64,000 nt of DNA, taken from Candidatus Vogelbacteria bacterium RIFOXYD1_FULL_44_32 (GTDB lineage Bacteria > Patescibacteriota > Minisyncoccia > Phycocordibacterales > XYD1-FULL-46-19). Of the stretch, positions 46,501 through 54,992 are shown piece by piece. Positions within the stretch are counted from its first letter, which is position 1. Each line of letters starts with the position of its first letter. The DNA lies in the NCBI GenBank assembly GCA_001823065.1, contig MHTJ01000003.1:181460-245459 (forward strand), given 5' to 3'. A program made the position numbers and the translations under genes. Under the pieces are notes generated by a model. It was not told where the DNA came from, did not search any database, and worked only from the letters and a program-made list of their open reading frames with translations.

Positions 46501-46643
46501 ACGGGGGCAGGGCTTGGTTCAAAAATTGGATGGAGCGGATGGCTTCAACGTTCATATATGGCGAGACACGGGAGTCTCATTGCCTTTCCTGTTGAAGTAA
46601 CAACCTTTATGCGGATACCAAGCCCTTGGCCCCCGCAAACTCT
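46501..46643. ncRNA. Structured intergenic region (candidate small RNA or leader) between uvrA and uvrC
   Basis: 16-bp imperfect inverted repeat GGGGGCAGGGCTTGGT...ACCAAGCCCTTGGCCCCC enclosing about 100 nt. Inside are the helices CTTCAAC/GTTGAAG and GAGAC-acggga-GTCTC. Confidence 0.3.
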
Positions 46644-46763
46644 TCTCCTATGCAGAATTGTAGCCTCTGCTCTTAATGCATTCAGACCGATTTCTCCTCC
46701 CATCAATACTACACAGCTATTTGAATTTAGTCAAGTTTTTTGTAAATATAGTACAATCTACCT

Positions 46764-47978
46764 ATGATTTTGGCTGATTTAAAACAATTTAATCTTCCCG
46801 ATGAGCCGGGGGTGTATTTTTTCAAGCGGGGAAAGAAAACGACCTATATTGGCAAGGCGACTTCACTGCGCGACCGAGTGCGGAGCTATTTTAGCTGCGA
46901 CCTCGCCACTACCAGAGGCGTTGCTATCTTAAATATGGTGGCCGAGTCTGATGGCTTAGAATTTAAAACTACCAATTCGGTGTTAGAGGCGCTGATTTTG
47001 GAAGCAGCGCTCATTCGCAACTTGAAGCCCAAATATAATACGCTCCAAAAAGACGACAAGAGCTACTGGTATGTGGTGGTGACCAAAGAAAAGTGGCCCC
47101 GCGTGCTTATGGTGCGGGAAAAAGATTTGGCGACCGCCATTGAACCCGAAAATATTAAACAGTATTTCGGGCCCTTTCCCAATGCGAGTGAATTGAAGGA
47201 GGCCCTAAAAATAATTCGCAAAATCATTCCGTGGCGCGATAAATGTGAACCCGAAATTGGCAAACCTTGCTTCAATGCCCAACTTGGTTTGTGCCCCGGG
47301 GTATGTGCTGGCACTATTTCTCACCGCGATTATTTAAAAAATATCCGGCATTTTACGCTCTTTTTTTCCGGTAAAACTGAAGTCTTAATAAAAGCATTGG
47401 AAAAGGAAATGGCGGGGGAAGCCAAAAAGAAAAATTTTGAGCAAGCGGGCAAAATTCGCAATCAAATTTTTGCCCTCACTCATATCAATGATATGGCGAT
47501 GATTAAGGAAAACCGCCAGACCCGCGGGGTACGGATTGAAGCCTATGATATTGCCCATTTGGCGGGCAAGGAAACTATTGGTGTGATGACGGTAATCTTG
47601 GGTGGTACTCCGGAAAAGGGGGCTTACCGCAAGTTTATTATTAAGGGGGCGGGGAGTAAGGTGGTCAATGATACTTTGAACCTAAAAGAGCTTTTAGAGC
47701 GCCGCCTAGCCCATAGCGAGTGGCCCCTGCCGGTGTTGTTTGTTATTGATGGGGGCAAGGCCCAGCTAAATGTCGCCAAAAAAGTGCTGGCAGAAGCTGG
47801 TTACCAAATACCTGTTGTGGCAGTAACTAAAGATGAGCACCATCGACCAAAAGAAATTATCGGTGACAATATATCAGCCCGTGATTTTGAAACGGACATA
47901 CTGCTTGCTAATGCCGAGGCCCACCGTTTTGCGATTGCTTTTCACCGCCGGCGCCTCGGCCGTCTTTACCGATCATAG
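46764..47978 (+). CDS. uvrC: Excinuclease ABC subunit C, compact form (GIY-YIG plus RNase-H-like endonuclease half; no UVR/HhH tail)
   Basis: GIY-YIG PGVYFF...YIGKATSLRDRV. Cys motif KPCFNAQLGLCPGVCAG. C-terminal VIDGGKAQLN. 404 aa. Confidence 0.8.
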   Translation: MILADLKQFNLPDEPGVYFFKRGKKTTYIGKATSLRDRVRSYFSCDLATTRGVAILNMVAESDGLEFKTTNSVLEALILEAALIRNLKPKYNTLQKDDKSYWYVVVTKEKWPRVLMVREKDLATAIEPENIKQYFGPFPNASELKEALKIIRKIIPWRDKCEPEIGKPCFNAQLGLCPGVCAGTISHRDYLKNIRHFTLFFSGKTEVLIKALEKEMAGEAKKKNFEQAGKIRNQIFALTHINDMAMIKENRQTRGVRIEAYDIAHLAGKETIGVMTVILGGTPEKGAYRKFIIKGAGSKVVNDTLNLKELLERRLAHSEWPLPVLFVIDGGKAQLNVAKKVLAEAGYQIPVVAVTKDEHHRPKEIIGDNISARDFETDILLANAEAHRFAIAFHRRRLGRLYRS

Positions 47979-48071
47979 TCTTGGTGTCGGGCGGGCTTCC
48001 CCGCCTTCGCTAAAGCTGCGGCGGGGATTACGCTAAAGACAAGTTGGGCTAATAACGATATAATTTAGTCA

Positions 48072-49565
48072 ATGCAAACTGAAGTTGATAGTCTAAAAGC
48101 TATCGCATCTCGGCGTTTTATCTTTGCCCGTTGGTTTTTTCTGTTCGCCGGTATTTTATTTGTTGGTTATCGAGAGGTGGTAGTTGGTAATGCAGAAATT
48201 TTTAGTAACTCAGCCACTGGGCCCATTGTGGGGTTGTTGTTTATGGTGGCGATGCTAAACATTTTATACCTGCTATTTTCCAATATTGCCAGTAAAAAAT
48301 CCTCCTATTTCTTATCTACTATATTAAATATTGGCCAGTTGGGGCTAGATTTTTTACTCGTGGCCTTTTTGGTGGCGGTTTTTCCTAATGCCAGTCCATT
48401 TATTGGCCTTTTATTTATTTTACCAACCATTGAAGCTATTTTACTTTTTGATTCGGCGATCGCCCTAGTTATTTCACTTCTAGGGGCGGGAGTACTCTGG
48501 GGCTGGTCATATTTACCAGCCAGTGAAATTAAGTTACTAAGTGGGTTATTTAGTTTACCAGTTTTTGGAATGTCCGACTTGATGAGGGAATATAGTATTT
48601 ATACCGCGGGGCTAATTATATTATTTGTCGTCTTTTGGTCGTATTTCACAGATTTAATTAGAATTAGGCAGGTCAATCGTAGTTTAGACCATAAATTAGA
48701 AGACATTCCTGTCCTTAGCACAAGACAGACTCAAACCGAATGGGCACGGGGCTTTGGGCGAAAAATGGAAGAAAATTCGCGTCTCCTGCGGTCCAAAGAA
48801 ATCGAGCTGACTCTAGCTAAAGAACAACTGGAAACACTAGAAAATGCCAAATCAGAATTTATTTCCGTTACCACTCATGAGCTACGGACCCCACTGTCGG
48901 CCATCAAATGGACTTTTAATATGATAATGTCCGAGCAACTGGGGCCGATAAATACCGAACAGAAAGAATTTTTAAGCAAAGGTTATCAAAGTACTCTAAA
49001 GATGATTGGGATTGTCAATAATTTGGTTCATATTGACCATGCCACGGCCAAAAAAGAGGATTATAGTTTTGTCGCGACCGATATCGTGAGTTTAATCGAT
49101 AATGCGATTGCTGAATTTTCCAATCAAGCAATAAGTAAAAAAATAAATTTATCTTTTAGTAAGATGGTAACTAATTTACCTCTCATTGAGATTGATAAAA
49201 ATAAAATTAGTATGGTGATGGAAAATTTGATTGATAATGCCATTAAATATACACCAAAAGAGGGGAAAATTACGGTGACGGTCACCGATAGTCGTCTAAA
49301 TTCGGCGCAACCAGCGCTGGAAATTTCTGTTATCGACAATGGGGTGGGTATACCAAAAGACGAGCAGGAGAAAATATTCCACAAGTTTTTTCGGGCCTCC
49401 AATGCTCGGTTGGCCGAGCCAGATGGCAGTGGGATTGGTCTCTATATTGCCAAAGATATTGTAGACCGACATTTTGGTTCGATGTGGTTTAAGAGTGAGG
49501 AGGGTAAGGGTACGGCATTTCATATTGTTTTACCAGTGCATCAGTTAAATAAAAATGTGGTATGA
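48072..49565 (+). CDS. Membrane sensor histidine kinase
   Basis: Six to seven TM helices. H-box ISVTTHELRTPLSAIKW. HATPase N, G1 and G2 boxes (NLIDNAIKYT, DNGVGIP, GSGIGLYIAK). Confidence 0.85.
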   Translation: MQTEVDSLKAIASRRFIFARWFFLFAGILFVGYREVVVGNAEIFSNSATGPIVGLLFMVAMLNILYLLFSNIASKKSSYFLSTILNIGQLGLDFLLVAFLVAVFPNASPFIGLLFILPTIEAILLFDSAIALVISLLGAGVLWGWSYLPASEIKLLSGLFSLPVFGMSDLMREYSIYTAGLIILFVVFWSYFTDLIRIRQVNRSLDHKLEDIPVLSTRQTQTEWARGFGRKMEENSRLLRSKEIELTLAKEQLETLENAKSEFISVTTHELRTPLSAIKWTFNMIMSEQLGPINTEQKEFLSKGYQSTLKMIGIVNNLVHIDHATAKKEDYSFVATDIVSLIDNAIAEFSNQAISKKINLSFSKMVTNLPLIEIDKNKISMVMENLIDNAIKYTPKEGKITVTVTDSRLNSAQPALEISVIDNGVGIPKDEQEKIFHKFFRASNARLAEPDGSGIGLYIAKDIVDRHFGSMWFKSEEGKGTAFHIVLPVHQLNKNVV

Positions 49566-49670
49566 TTAGTCTATTATTGGAGTTGCCAAGAATACACCGA
49601 CGGTTCACCGCGGTGATGAATTGGCGAGAATGAAATAGCCATTGGCGGAGCCAATTTTTTAACCAAAAAA

Positions 49671-49746
49671 GTTTGCCCCGCTGCCTCGCCCCAATCCCCG
49701 CGGCAAAGCCGACGGGGATTGGGGCGAGGACAAACTTTATTGTTTA
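49671..49746 (+). terminator. Very long GC hairpin with T-run between the histidine kinase and receiver genes
   Basis: GTTTG...CCTCGCCCCAATCCCCG-CGGCaaaGCCGa-CGGGGATTGGGGCGAGG-aCAAAC followed by TTTATTGTTT. There is a 17-bp perfect core. A separate hairpin GCCATTGGC-gga-GCCAAT plus TTTTTT lies at 49638-49660. Confidence 0.6.
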
Positions 49747-49757
49747 ATATGTAATAT

Positions 49758-50129
49758 ATGAGTGACAATACCAATAAAAAAATACTAATTGTCGAAGATG
49801 ATGAATTTTTGCGTTCGCTGACGGCTAAAAGACTGGAAAAGGAAAATTATCAGATAGTGATCGCGGCGGACGGTGAGCAGGCCTTGACGACCCTATCCGC
49901 TGACCAGCCGGACTTGGTTCTTTTGGATTTACTTTTACCTGGTACCAATGGGTTTCAGGTTTTAGAAAAAATGAATAAAAAAATGCCGGTGGTAGTTTTC
50001 TCCAACCTTGGTCAAAAAGAAGATATTGAAAAGGCCAAAGGTCTTGGCGCCGACGATTTCCTAATTAAGGCCAATTTTACGCTTGACGATGTGGTGGCCA
50101 AGGTCAATTCCTATCTTAAAAAGACTTAA
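49758..50129 (+). CDS. Stand-alone response regulator receiver (CheY-like)
   Basis: KILIVEDDEF, phospho-acceptor LVLLDLLLP, T and K motifs. 123 aa with no output domain. Confidence 0.85.
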   Translation: MSDNTNKKILIVEDDEFLRSLTAKRLEKENYQIVIAADGEQALTTLSADQPDLVLLDLLLPGTNGFQVLEKMNKKMPVVVFSNLGQKEDIEKAKGLGADDFLIKANFTLDDVVAKVNSYLKKT

Positions 50130-50140
50130 ATTTAGACAAA

Positions 50141-51118
50141 ATGAAAACTCGGGTCGCAGTTATAAGGGGTGGCAAAGGGGCCGAATACGAGGTCTCGCTT
50201 AAAAGTGGCGCGAGCGTGCTCTCCGCTTTGCCCGAAGATAATTACCAACCAGTCGATGTCCTTATTACTCGTGATGGGCAGTGGCATGCCGGTGGCCTAC
50301 CCATTCGTCCCCAAGATCTTAGTAGATTTGCTGATGTGGCTTTTATTGCTCTACACGGTGAATATGGTGAAGACGGCACGATCCAAAAAATATTAGACGA
50401 CCTAAATTTTTCTTATACTGGTTCTGGTCACATTGCTTCGGCTTTGGGTATGGACAAGGTGGCTTCCAAAAAAATATTTGCTGAGGCCGGAATAAAAGTA
50501 CCCTATGGTTTACTACTCTCCCGGGCGGAAATAACGGAAGCGGCCAAAAACATTTTTAATAAAATACCACCACCTTGGGTGATAAAGCCCAATGATAAGG
50601 GTTCTTCGGTCGGGCTATATTTTGCGCGAACTTTTGCCGAGCTGGCCGGAGCTATCGACCAAGCTTTTCGCGAGGCCGACTCGGTCTTGGTCGAAGAATA
50701 TATTCGGGGGCGTGAAGCCACTTGTGGGGTCATTGACGATTTTCGACGTGAAAAATTTTATGCGCTTTTGCCTATTGAGATAGTGCACCCCGCCACTTGT
50801 CCAGTTTGGAATTACCAAGATAAATATTCTGGTGCAACTCAGGAATTGTGTCCGGGGCGTTTTTCTGATGAGGAGAGCCAAGAAATCCAAAAGTCCGCTA
50901 GACTAATTCACGAAGTACTGGCTTTGAGACACTATTCCCGTAGTGATTTTATTATTTCACCTCGCGGGGTCTATGCGCTAGAGGTCAACACCTTGCCCGG
51001 GCTGACTCCAGAATCACTTTTACCCAAGTCTATTTCGGCGGTGGGTTGCGATTATGGCCATTTTTTAGACCACTTGGTTACCCTTGCGCTCTCTGATAGA
51101 AAGGGTATGATGGCATAA
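50141..51118 (+). CDS. ddl: D-alanine--D-alanine ligase
   Basis: KTRVAVIRGGKGAEYEVSLKSG N-domain, ATP-grasp motifs, C-terminal EVNTLPGLT. Confidence 0.9.
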   Translation: MKTRVAVIRGGKGAEYEVSLKSGASVLSALPEDNYQPVDVLITRDGQWHAGGLPIRPQDLSRFADVAFIALHGEYGEDGTIQKILDDLNFSYTGSGHIASALGMDKVASKKIFAEAGIKVPYGLLLSRAEITEAAKNIFNKIPPPWVIKPNDKGSSVGLYFARTFAELAGAIDQAFREADSVLVEEYIRGREATCGVIDDFRREKFYALLPIEIVHPATCPVWNYQDKYSGATQELCPGRFSDEESQEIQKSARLIHEVLALRHYSRSDFIISPRGVYALEVNTLPGLTPESLLPKSISAVGCDYGHFLDHLVTLALSDRKGMMA

Positions 51119-51137
51119 TCATTTTAACTATATACCA

Positions 51138-51443
51138 ATGAAAGCCACTACTAAAAATATAATTATTTATGCGGTTTTGGTTCTTATTATTGCCAGTAGT
51201 TCTACTTATGTGTGGTGGAGGGCGAGGGTCCAACCCGATCAGGTGTTGGCGCGGATTGAGGCCAAATTGGTAACTTTTGAGCAAGAAATAGCTGTCTGTA
51301 AGAAGGAAACAGAGGTAAAAAAACTAGAAAAATGTAGTGACCGGATGAAGGAAATTTCCACAGAGCTTGATAATTTCCAAACTGATTTGACTGGGATTAA
51401 GACAAAAAAAGAAACAGCCAGCACGACAGATAAAATTAAATAA
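51138..51443 (+). CDS. Small anchored coiled-coil protein, hypothetical
   Basis: TM plus coiled coil. Followed by a terminator. Confidence 0.4.
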   Translation: MKATTKNIIIYAVLVLIIASSSTYVWWRARVQPDQVLARIEAKLVTFEQEIAVCKKETEVKKLEKCSDRMKEISTELDNFQTDLTGIKTKKETASTTDKIK

Positions 51444-51446
51444 CCC

Positions 51447-51479
51447 AAAAAAACCGGCTTCGGCCGGTTTTTTTGGGTT
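51447..51479. terminator. Bidirectional terminator
   Basis: AAAAAAACCGGC-ttcg-GCCGGTTTTTTTGGG. Confidence 0.85.
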
Positions 51480-51481
51480 TG

Positions 51482-51553
51482 TGCTCTCGGCCGGAGTCGA
51501 ACCGGCATTACCAGCTTCGGAGGCCAGCGTTCTATCCATTAAACTACGAGGGC
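51482..51553 (-). tRNA. tRNA-Arg (anticodon CCG)
   Basis: The reverse complement reads GCCCTCGTAGTTTAATGGATAGAACGCTGGCCTCCGAAGCTGGTAATGCCGGTTCGACTCCGGCCGAGAGCA. Anticodon loop CUCCGAA. T-arm GCCGGTTCGACTCCGGC. One C:A mismatch and two G:U pairs in the stems. Confidence 0.7.
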
Positions 51554-51568
51554 AAATAGTATTGTTTA

Positions 51569-52345
51569 CTAATTATTAGGTAAATTTTTAAAATCTCCGC
51601 TAGTCAGAATATAAATCAAGAGAATAAAACATACAATAGAAACAATTATTAAACTTATAATCCCTACATTAATTGATAGAATAATTAATAATAATAGATA
51701 AATTATTTGGGTAAATTGTGACCATTTTTTTCTTTTTACAATGCCTATTATTGTTATGATCGAAATAATTAACGAAAATATAATACTAACGAAAATCAAT
51801 AACGGATATAATTCGATACCATATCTAAAACTATAAGTCATCATCGATAAAGCCATAATTAATGAAAATATAAAAAACCAGACATCTAAAACTAAAATTG
51901 CTTTAGCCCCTTTAGGTATGCCGGCATAGGTGGGTATATTTTCACCTATTTTTTCTGCTGTAAATAAACCCCAAAGTAGACATATTAAAGAAATTAATAC
52001 AGAGAATCCGATAAATGGCCAAACAACAAAAATAGCAAGAAATCCACCGCCAAACTCACTAGAGTTAATAATCAATATTGAGAGGAAAGATCCTACAAAA
52101 GACAACCAACAAAACACCATGGAAAGTTTATAGGATAATTTATCAAATTGGATATCAGAAAATAATGCCAGGGAGTATATAATTGTAAAAAAAATCAATA
52201 ATGCCAGGGGAATATTTATATTTGGATTTTCCAGCCACCTCGGTACTGGCTGGGAATGTCCAATAATCTCATAAATAATAGACAAGATAAGTAAAACAGC
52301 AACCAAAAGATAATTAAACAAAAAATTTATTTTACTTTTTAACAT
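51569..52345 (-). CDS. Polytopic membrane protein, very AT-rich (about 28% GC), hypothetical
   Basis: Seven to eight hydrophobic helices. The start was moved to the internal Met (MLKSKINF...), because the listed N-terminus overlaps tRNA-Ala. Confidence 0.55.
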   Translation of the reverse strand: MLKSKINFLFNYLLVAVLLILSIIYEIIGHSQPVPRWLENPNINIPLALLIFFTIIYSLALFSDIQFDKLSYKLSMVFCWLSFVGSFLSILIINSSEFGGGFLAIFVVWPFIGFSVLISLICLLWGLFTAEKIGENIPTYAGIPKGAKAILVLDVWFFIFSLIMALSMMTYSFRYGIELYPLLIFVSIIFSLIISIITIIGIVKRKKWSQFTQIIYLLLLIILSINVGIISLIIVSIVCFILLIYILTSGDFKNLPNN

Positions 52346-52362
52346 ATTTTTTATGTTTCTCT

Positions 52363-52438
52363 TGGTGGACCCTATCGGATTCGAACCGATGACCTCCTCA
52401 TTGCAAATGAGGCGCTCTACCAACTAAGCTAAGGGCCC
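52363..52438 (-). tRNA. tRNA-Ala (anticodon UGC), CCA encoded
   Basis: The reverse complement reads GGGCCCTTAGCTTAGTTGGTAGAGCGCCTCATTTGCAATGAGGAGGTCATCGGTTCGAATCCGATAGGGTCCACCA. Confidence 0.85.
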
Positions 52439-52478
52439 AATTTAATTATAAACCTTTATAATACATCATTTTTAATAC

Positions 52479-52618
52479 CTGGCGCCTCATTTGGCAAATG
52501 AGTGTCACAAGTATTTTTCTGCTGAAAAATCTCGCGACCCCACCTCGCGCCGTCGCGCTCCGGTCTTGCACTTGGGTCCCACCCCAAGCTCACTCTACCA
52601 ACTAAGCTAAGGGCCCAA
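52479..52618 (-). pseudogene. tRNA-derived fragment/pseudo-tRNA upstream of tRNA-Ala(UGC)
   Basis: 52593-52618 is an exact 26-nt copy of the tRNA 5' end (acceptor plus D-arm), followed by an anticodon-arm-like hairpin TTGGG-GTGGGAC-CCCAA. There is no T-arm or 3' acceptor. The internal helix GATTTTTC/GAAAAATAC resembles the E1/E2 core helix. Confidence 0.4.
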
Positions 52619-52683
52619 CTTTTAACCTACACATATTAGCAATCTCGTATTGAAAAATCAATCCTGTTTGGTAGAATTGGGAT

Positions 52684-52998
52684 ATGAAAATATTTAAAGA
52701 ATTTAAAGAGTTTGCTACACGGGGGAACGTGGTGGACCTAGCTATTGGTGTCGTGATTGGCGCTTCGTTTAGCTCTATTACCAATTCTTTGGTGACTGAT
52801 ATTATTAACCCACTACTTGGTTTAGTTACCAACAAAGTAGACCTATCTGAACAGGCGATTGTCTTGCAACAAGCGGGAGCTAGTTCTACCCCCGTCATCT
52901 TGGGCTATGGCAACTTTTTGAGCAATGTTTTAAATTTTTTGATCATTTCTTTCGTTTTATTTTTGGTGATAAAACGGGTTAACAAATTGGCTAAGTAG
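52684..52998 (+). CDS. mscL: Large-conductance mechanosensitive channel
   Basis: MKIFKEFKEFATRGNVVDLAIGVVIGASF... is collinear with E. coli MscL. 104 aa. Confidence 0.9.
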   Translation: MKIFKEFKEFATRGNVVDLAIGVVIGASFSSITNSLVTDIINPLLGLVTNKVDLSEQAIVLQQAGASSTPVILGYGNFLSNVLNFLIISFVLFLVIKRVNKLAK

Positions 52999-53059
52999 TT
53001 GGTTGGGGATATTGTGCCTATTTACAAATAGCTAGATATATATTACTATCTTGGCTGGC

Positions 53060-53315
53060 GTTGATTTGGTCTTGTTTTGTTCCCGCACCGCGGGGGAAGG
53101 ATTTATATGGAGGTTGATATAAGCTCGGAGGGTGGTCAGATGGCTCAACCAGATCTCTCTGGCCACCAAAAAAGTACTCTGGCCTGGCTATTTCACCAGG
53201 TCACAGGTCAATTGGTGGGGCGTCTACATTCAGAGGTCCCACCCCCAGCAGATTGACGACAACTCATATGAGCTGTCGGCAAAAAGCCCCGGACACCCGG
53301 GGCTTTTCTTTTTTC
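53060..53315 (+). ncRNA. Candidate structured RNA or riboswitch-like leader with its own terminator, between mscL and the ABC exporter operon
   Basis: At least four hairpins: GGTGGTCAGA...TCTGGCCACC, GGTCAAT..GTGGGG/CCCCAC..ATTGAC, CGACAACTCATATGAGCTGTCG, and the terminator AAAAAGCCCCGG-acac-CCGGGGCTTTTCTTTTTTC. The overlapping 80-aa ORF is unconvincing. Confidence 0.3.
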
Positions 53316-53407
53316 AATATTTTAGCTATACTCATTTGGTTACTATTTCGATAGTTATTCTCCTCGGGTTTTAGGTCGCCGTTGGTGCGATTATATTCAT
53401 TATTTAA

Positions 53408-54190
53408 ATGAAATTATTTTTTTCTGTTGTTAAATTCAATTGGTTAAAAATCCTTGCTTATCCATTTGAAATAATTGCTTTTTTTGCTTGCCGACTTATT
53501 GCCTTGGGCATGTTGGCTTTGTTTTGGTATGCCTTTGCTCAAAGCACTGGTGGGACCATGGATTTTAAACCACTAGTGGCTTATTTTTTGGTTGCGGCGG
53601 CTATAAAGGATCTTACTTTTTCCACCGATTTTAAGTTTGGCCGTTATATTCAAAAAATAATTATGCAGGGTGAAATAAGTAATTATTTTATTAAACCAGT
53701 TAAAACCGTTCCATTTTTATTTTTTTCCTATGCTGGCGAAAATGGTATGGGTATAGTTTATGCTTTTATATCTCTTACTATTGGCTTAGTGGTTTTGCCG
53801 CCAGCTAGTTGGGTTAATATTTTAGCTTTTATAATATTTCTTTTTATTGCTCTTTTTGTATCGGTGGCCTTCAATACTTTAATTGGCATTATTAGTTTTC
53901 ATTCCACCGAGGGGTCGGGTTTTCGCAACGCAATTAATCATGTCATTAAAATACTATCGGGAGCAATTATACCCCTGACTTTGTTTCCGATTGGTATAAG
54001 GGAAATTATTTTACTTTTGCCATTTCCGGCACTAGTGTTTACCCCAGCCTATGTTTTGCAAAATAATTTGAGTGGTGGAGAAATGTTCTTTACTTTTAGT
54101 GTGTCGCTTGGCTGGGCTATTGTTTTGTTTTTCTTGACTCATTATTTATGGCGTTATTCTGTAAAAAAATATGAAGGAGTTGGTATCTAA
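53408..54190 (+). CDS. ABC-2 family transporter permease
   Basis: Six TM. The operon is shared with a second permease and an ABC ATPase, with overlapping start/stop. Confidence 0.6.
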   Translation: MKLFFSVVKFNWLKILAYPFEIIAFFACRLIALGMLALFWYAFAQSTGGTMDFKPLVAYFLVAAAIKDLTFSTDFKFGRYIQKIIMQGEISNYFIKPVKTVPFLFFSYAGENGMGIVYAFISLTIGLVVLPPASWVNILAFIIFLFIALFVSVAFNTLIGIISFHSTEGSGFRNAINHVIKILSGAIIPLTLFPIGIREIILLLPFPALVFTPAYVLQNNLSGGEMFFTFSVSLGWAIVLFFLTHYLWRYSVKKYEGVGI

Positions 54191-54983
54191 AATTAAAATG
54201 CGTTTGAATATTTTGCGAGTGAATACTGTTAATACCTTTCAGGGTGAGACGGCCTATTTTGGTAATAATTGGGGCAATATTTTATCCACTTTTTTATATA
54301 CCGTGGTGCAAATTTTATTTGTGCAGGTGCTTTATTCACAAATAAACACTTTTGCGGGCTATGATAAAAATCAAATGTATTTCCTACTGTTTGTCAGCCA
54401 GTTAGGTTTTTATACCAATTGGACCTGGGGTGAAGTAAATCACCGGTTATTAATTGAAGATGTGCGGAGGGGAATTTTGGATTTTTTGTTGGTGTTGCCG
54501 GTACCATCTCTCTGGTATGTCACATTTAGAAAAATTCCCTTATTGACCATAGCCAGAGATGCTCTACCAAACCTGGTTTTACTGGCCTGGCTCATAAATT
54601 GGGCGCACCTACCCTTAGTGGTAGGTAATGTCGTGCTGGCTGTGCTCATTTTTATCTTAGGTATAATAGCTTGGGAAAGTTTTTGTTTTCTACTTTTACT
54701 GCCAGTGTTTTGGCATGGTGAATCTAAGCAAATATATTCCTTGTGCTATGTGCTTCGGGATAATGAAAATGTACCATGGGAAGGCTATCGGCCAGTTTTT
54801 CAGTTTACATTTTCAGTGATTGTTCCGACCTTATTCATGGCTATGATTCCAGTTTCAGTAGCTCTGGGTAAGGTTGATGGTTGGCCGATGTTTAGTCTGG
54901 CGGTTGCTGTGGCTACGGTTTTTGTCATTTTGAAAAAAATATTTTGGAAAATTGCTCTTAAAAATTATACCTCGGCTTCTTAA
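54171..54983 (+). CDS. ABC-2 family transporter permease (second subunit)
   Basis: Six TM. Translationally coupled to the neighbouring genes. Confidence 0.6.
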   Translation: MKELVSKIKMRLNILRVNTVNTFQGETAYFGNNWGNILSTFLYTVVQILFVQVLYSQINTFAGYDKNQMYFLLFVSQLGFYTNWTWGEVNHRLLIEDVRRGILDFLLVLPVPSLWYVTFRKIPLLTIARDALPNLVLLAWLINWAHLPLVVGNVVLAVLIFILGIIAWESFCFLLLLPVFWHGESKQIYSLCYVLRDNENVPWEGYRPVFQFTFSVIVPTLFMAMIPVSVALGKVDGWPMFSLAVAVATVFVILKKIFWKIALKNYTSAS

Positions 54984-54992
54984 TCAAAAAAT

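Noticed and set aside
53132-53374. 80-aa ORF between mscL and the ABC operon
   Set aside because: It overlaps three stable hairpins and an intrinsic terminator and has no RBS. The region is better explained as structured RNA.
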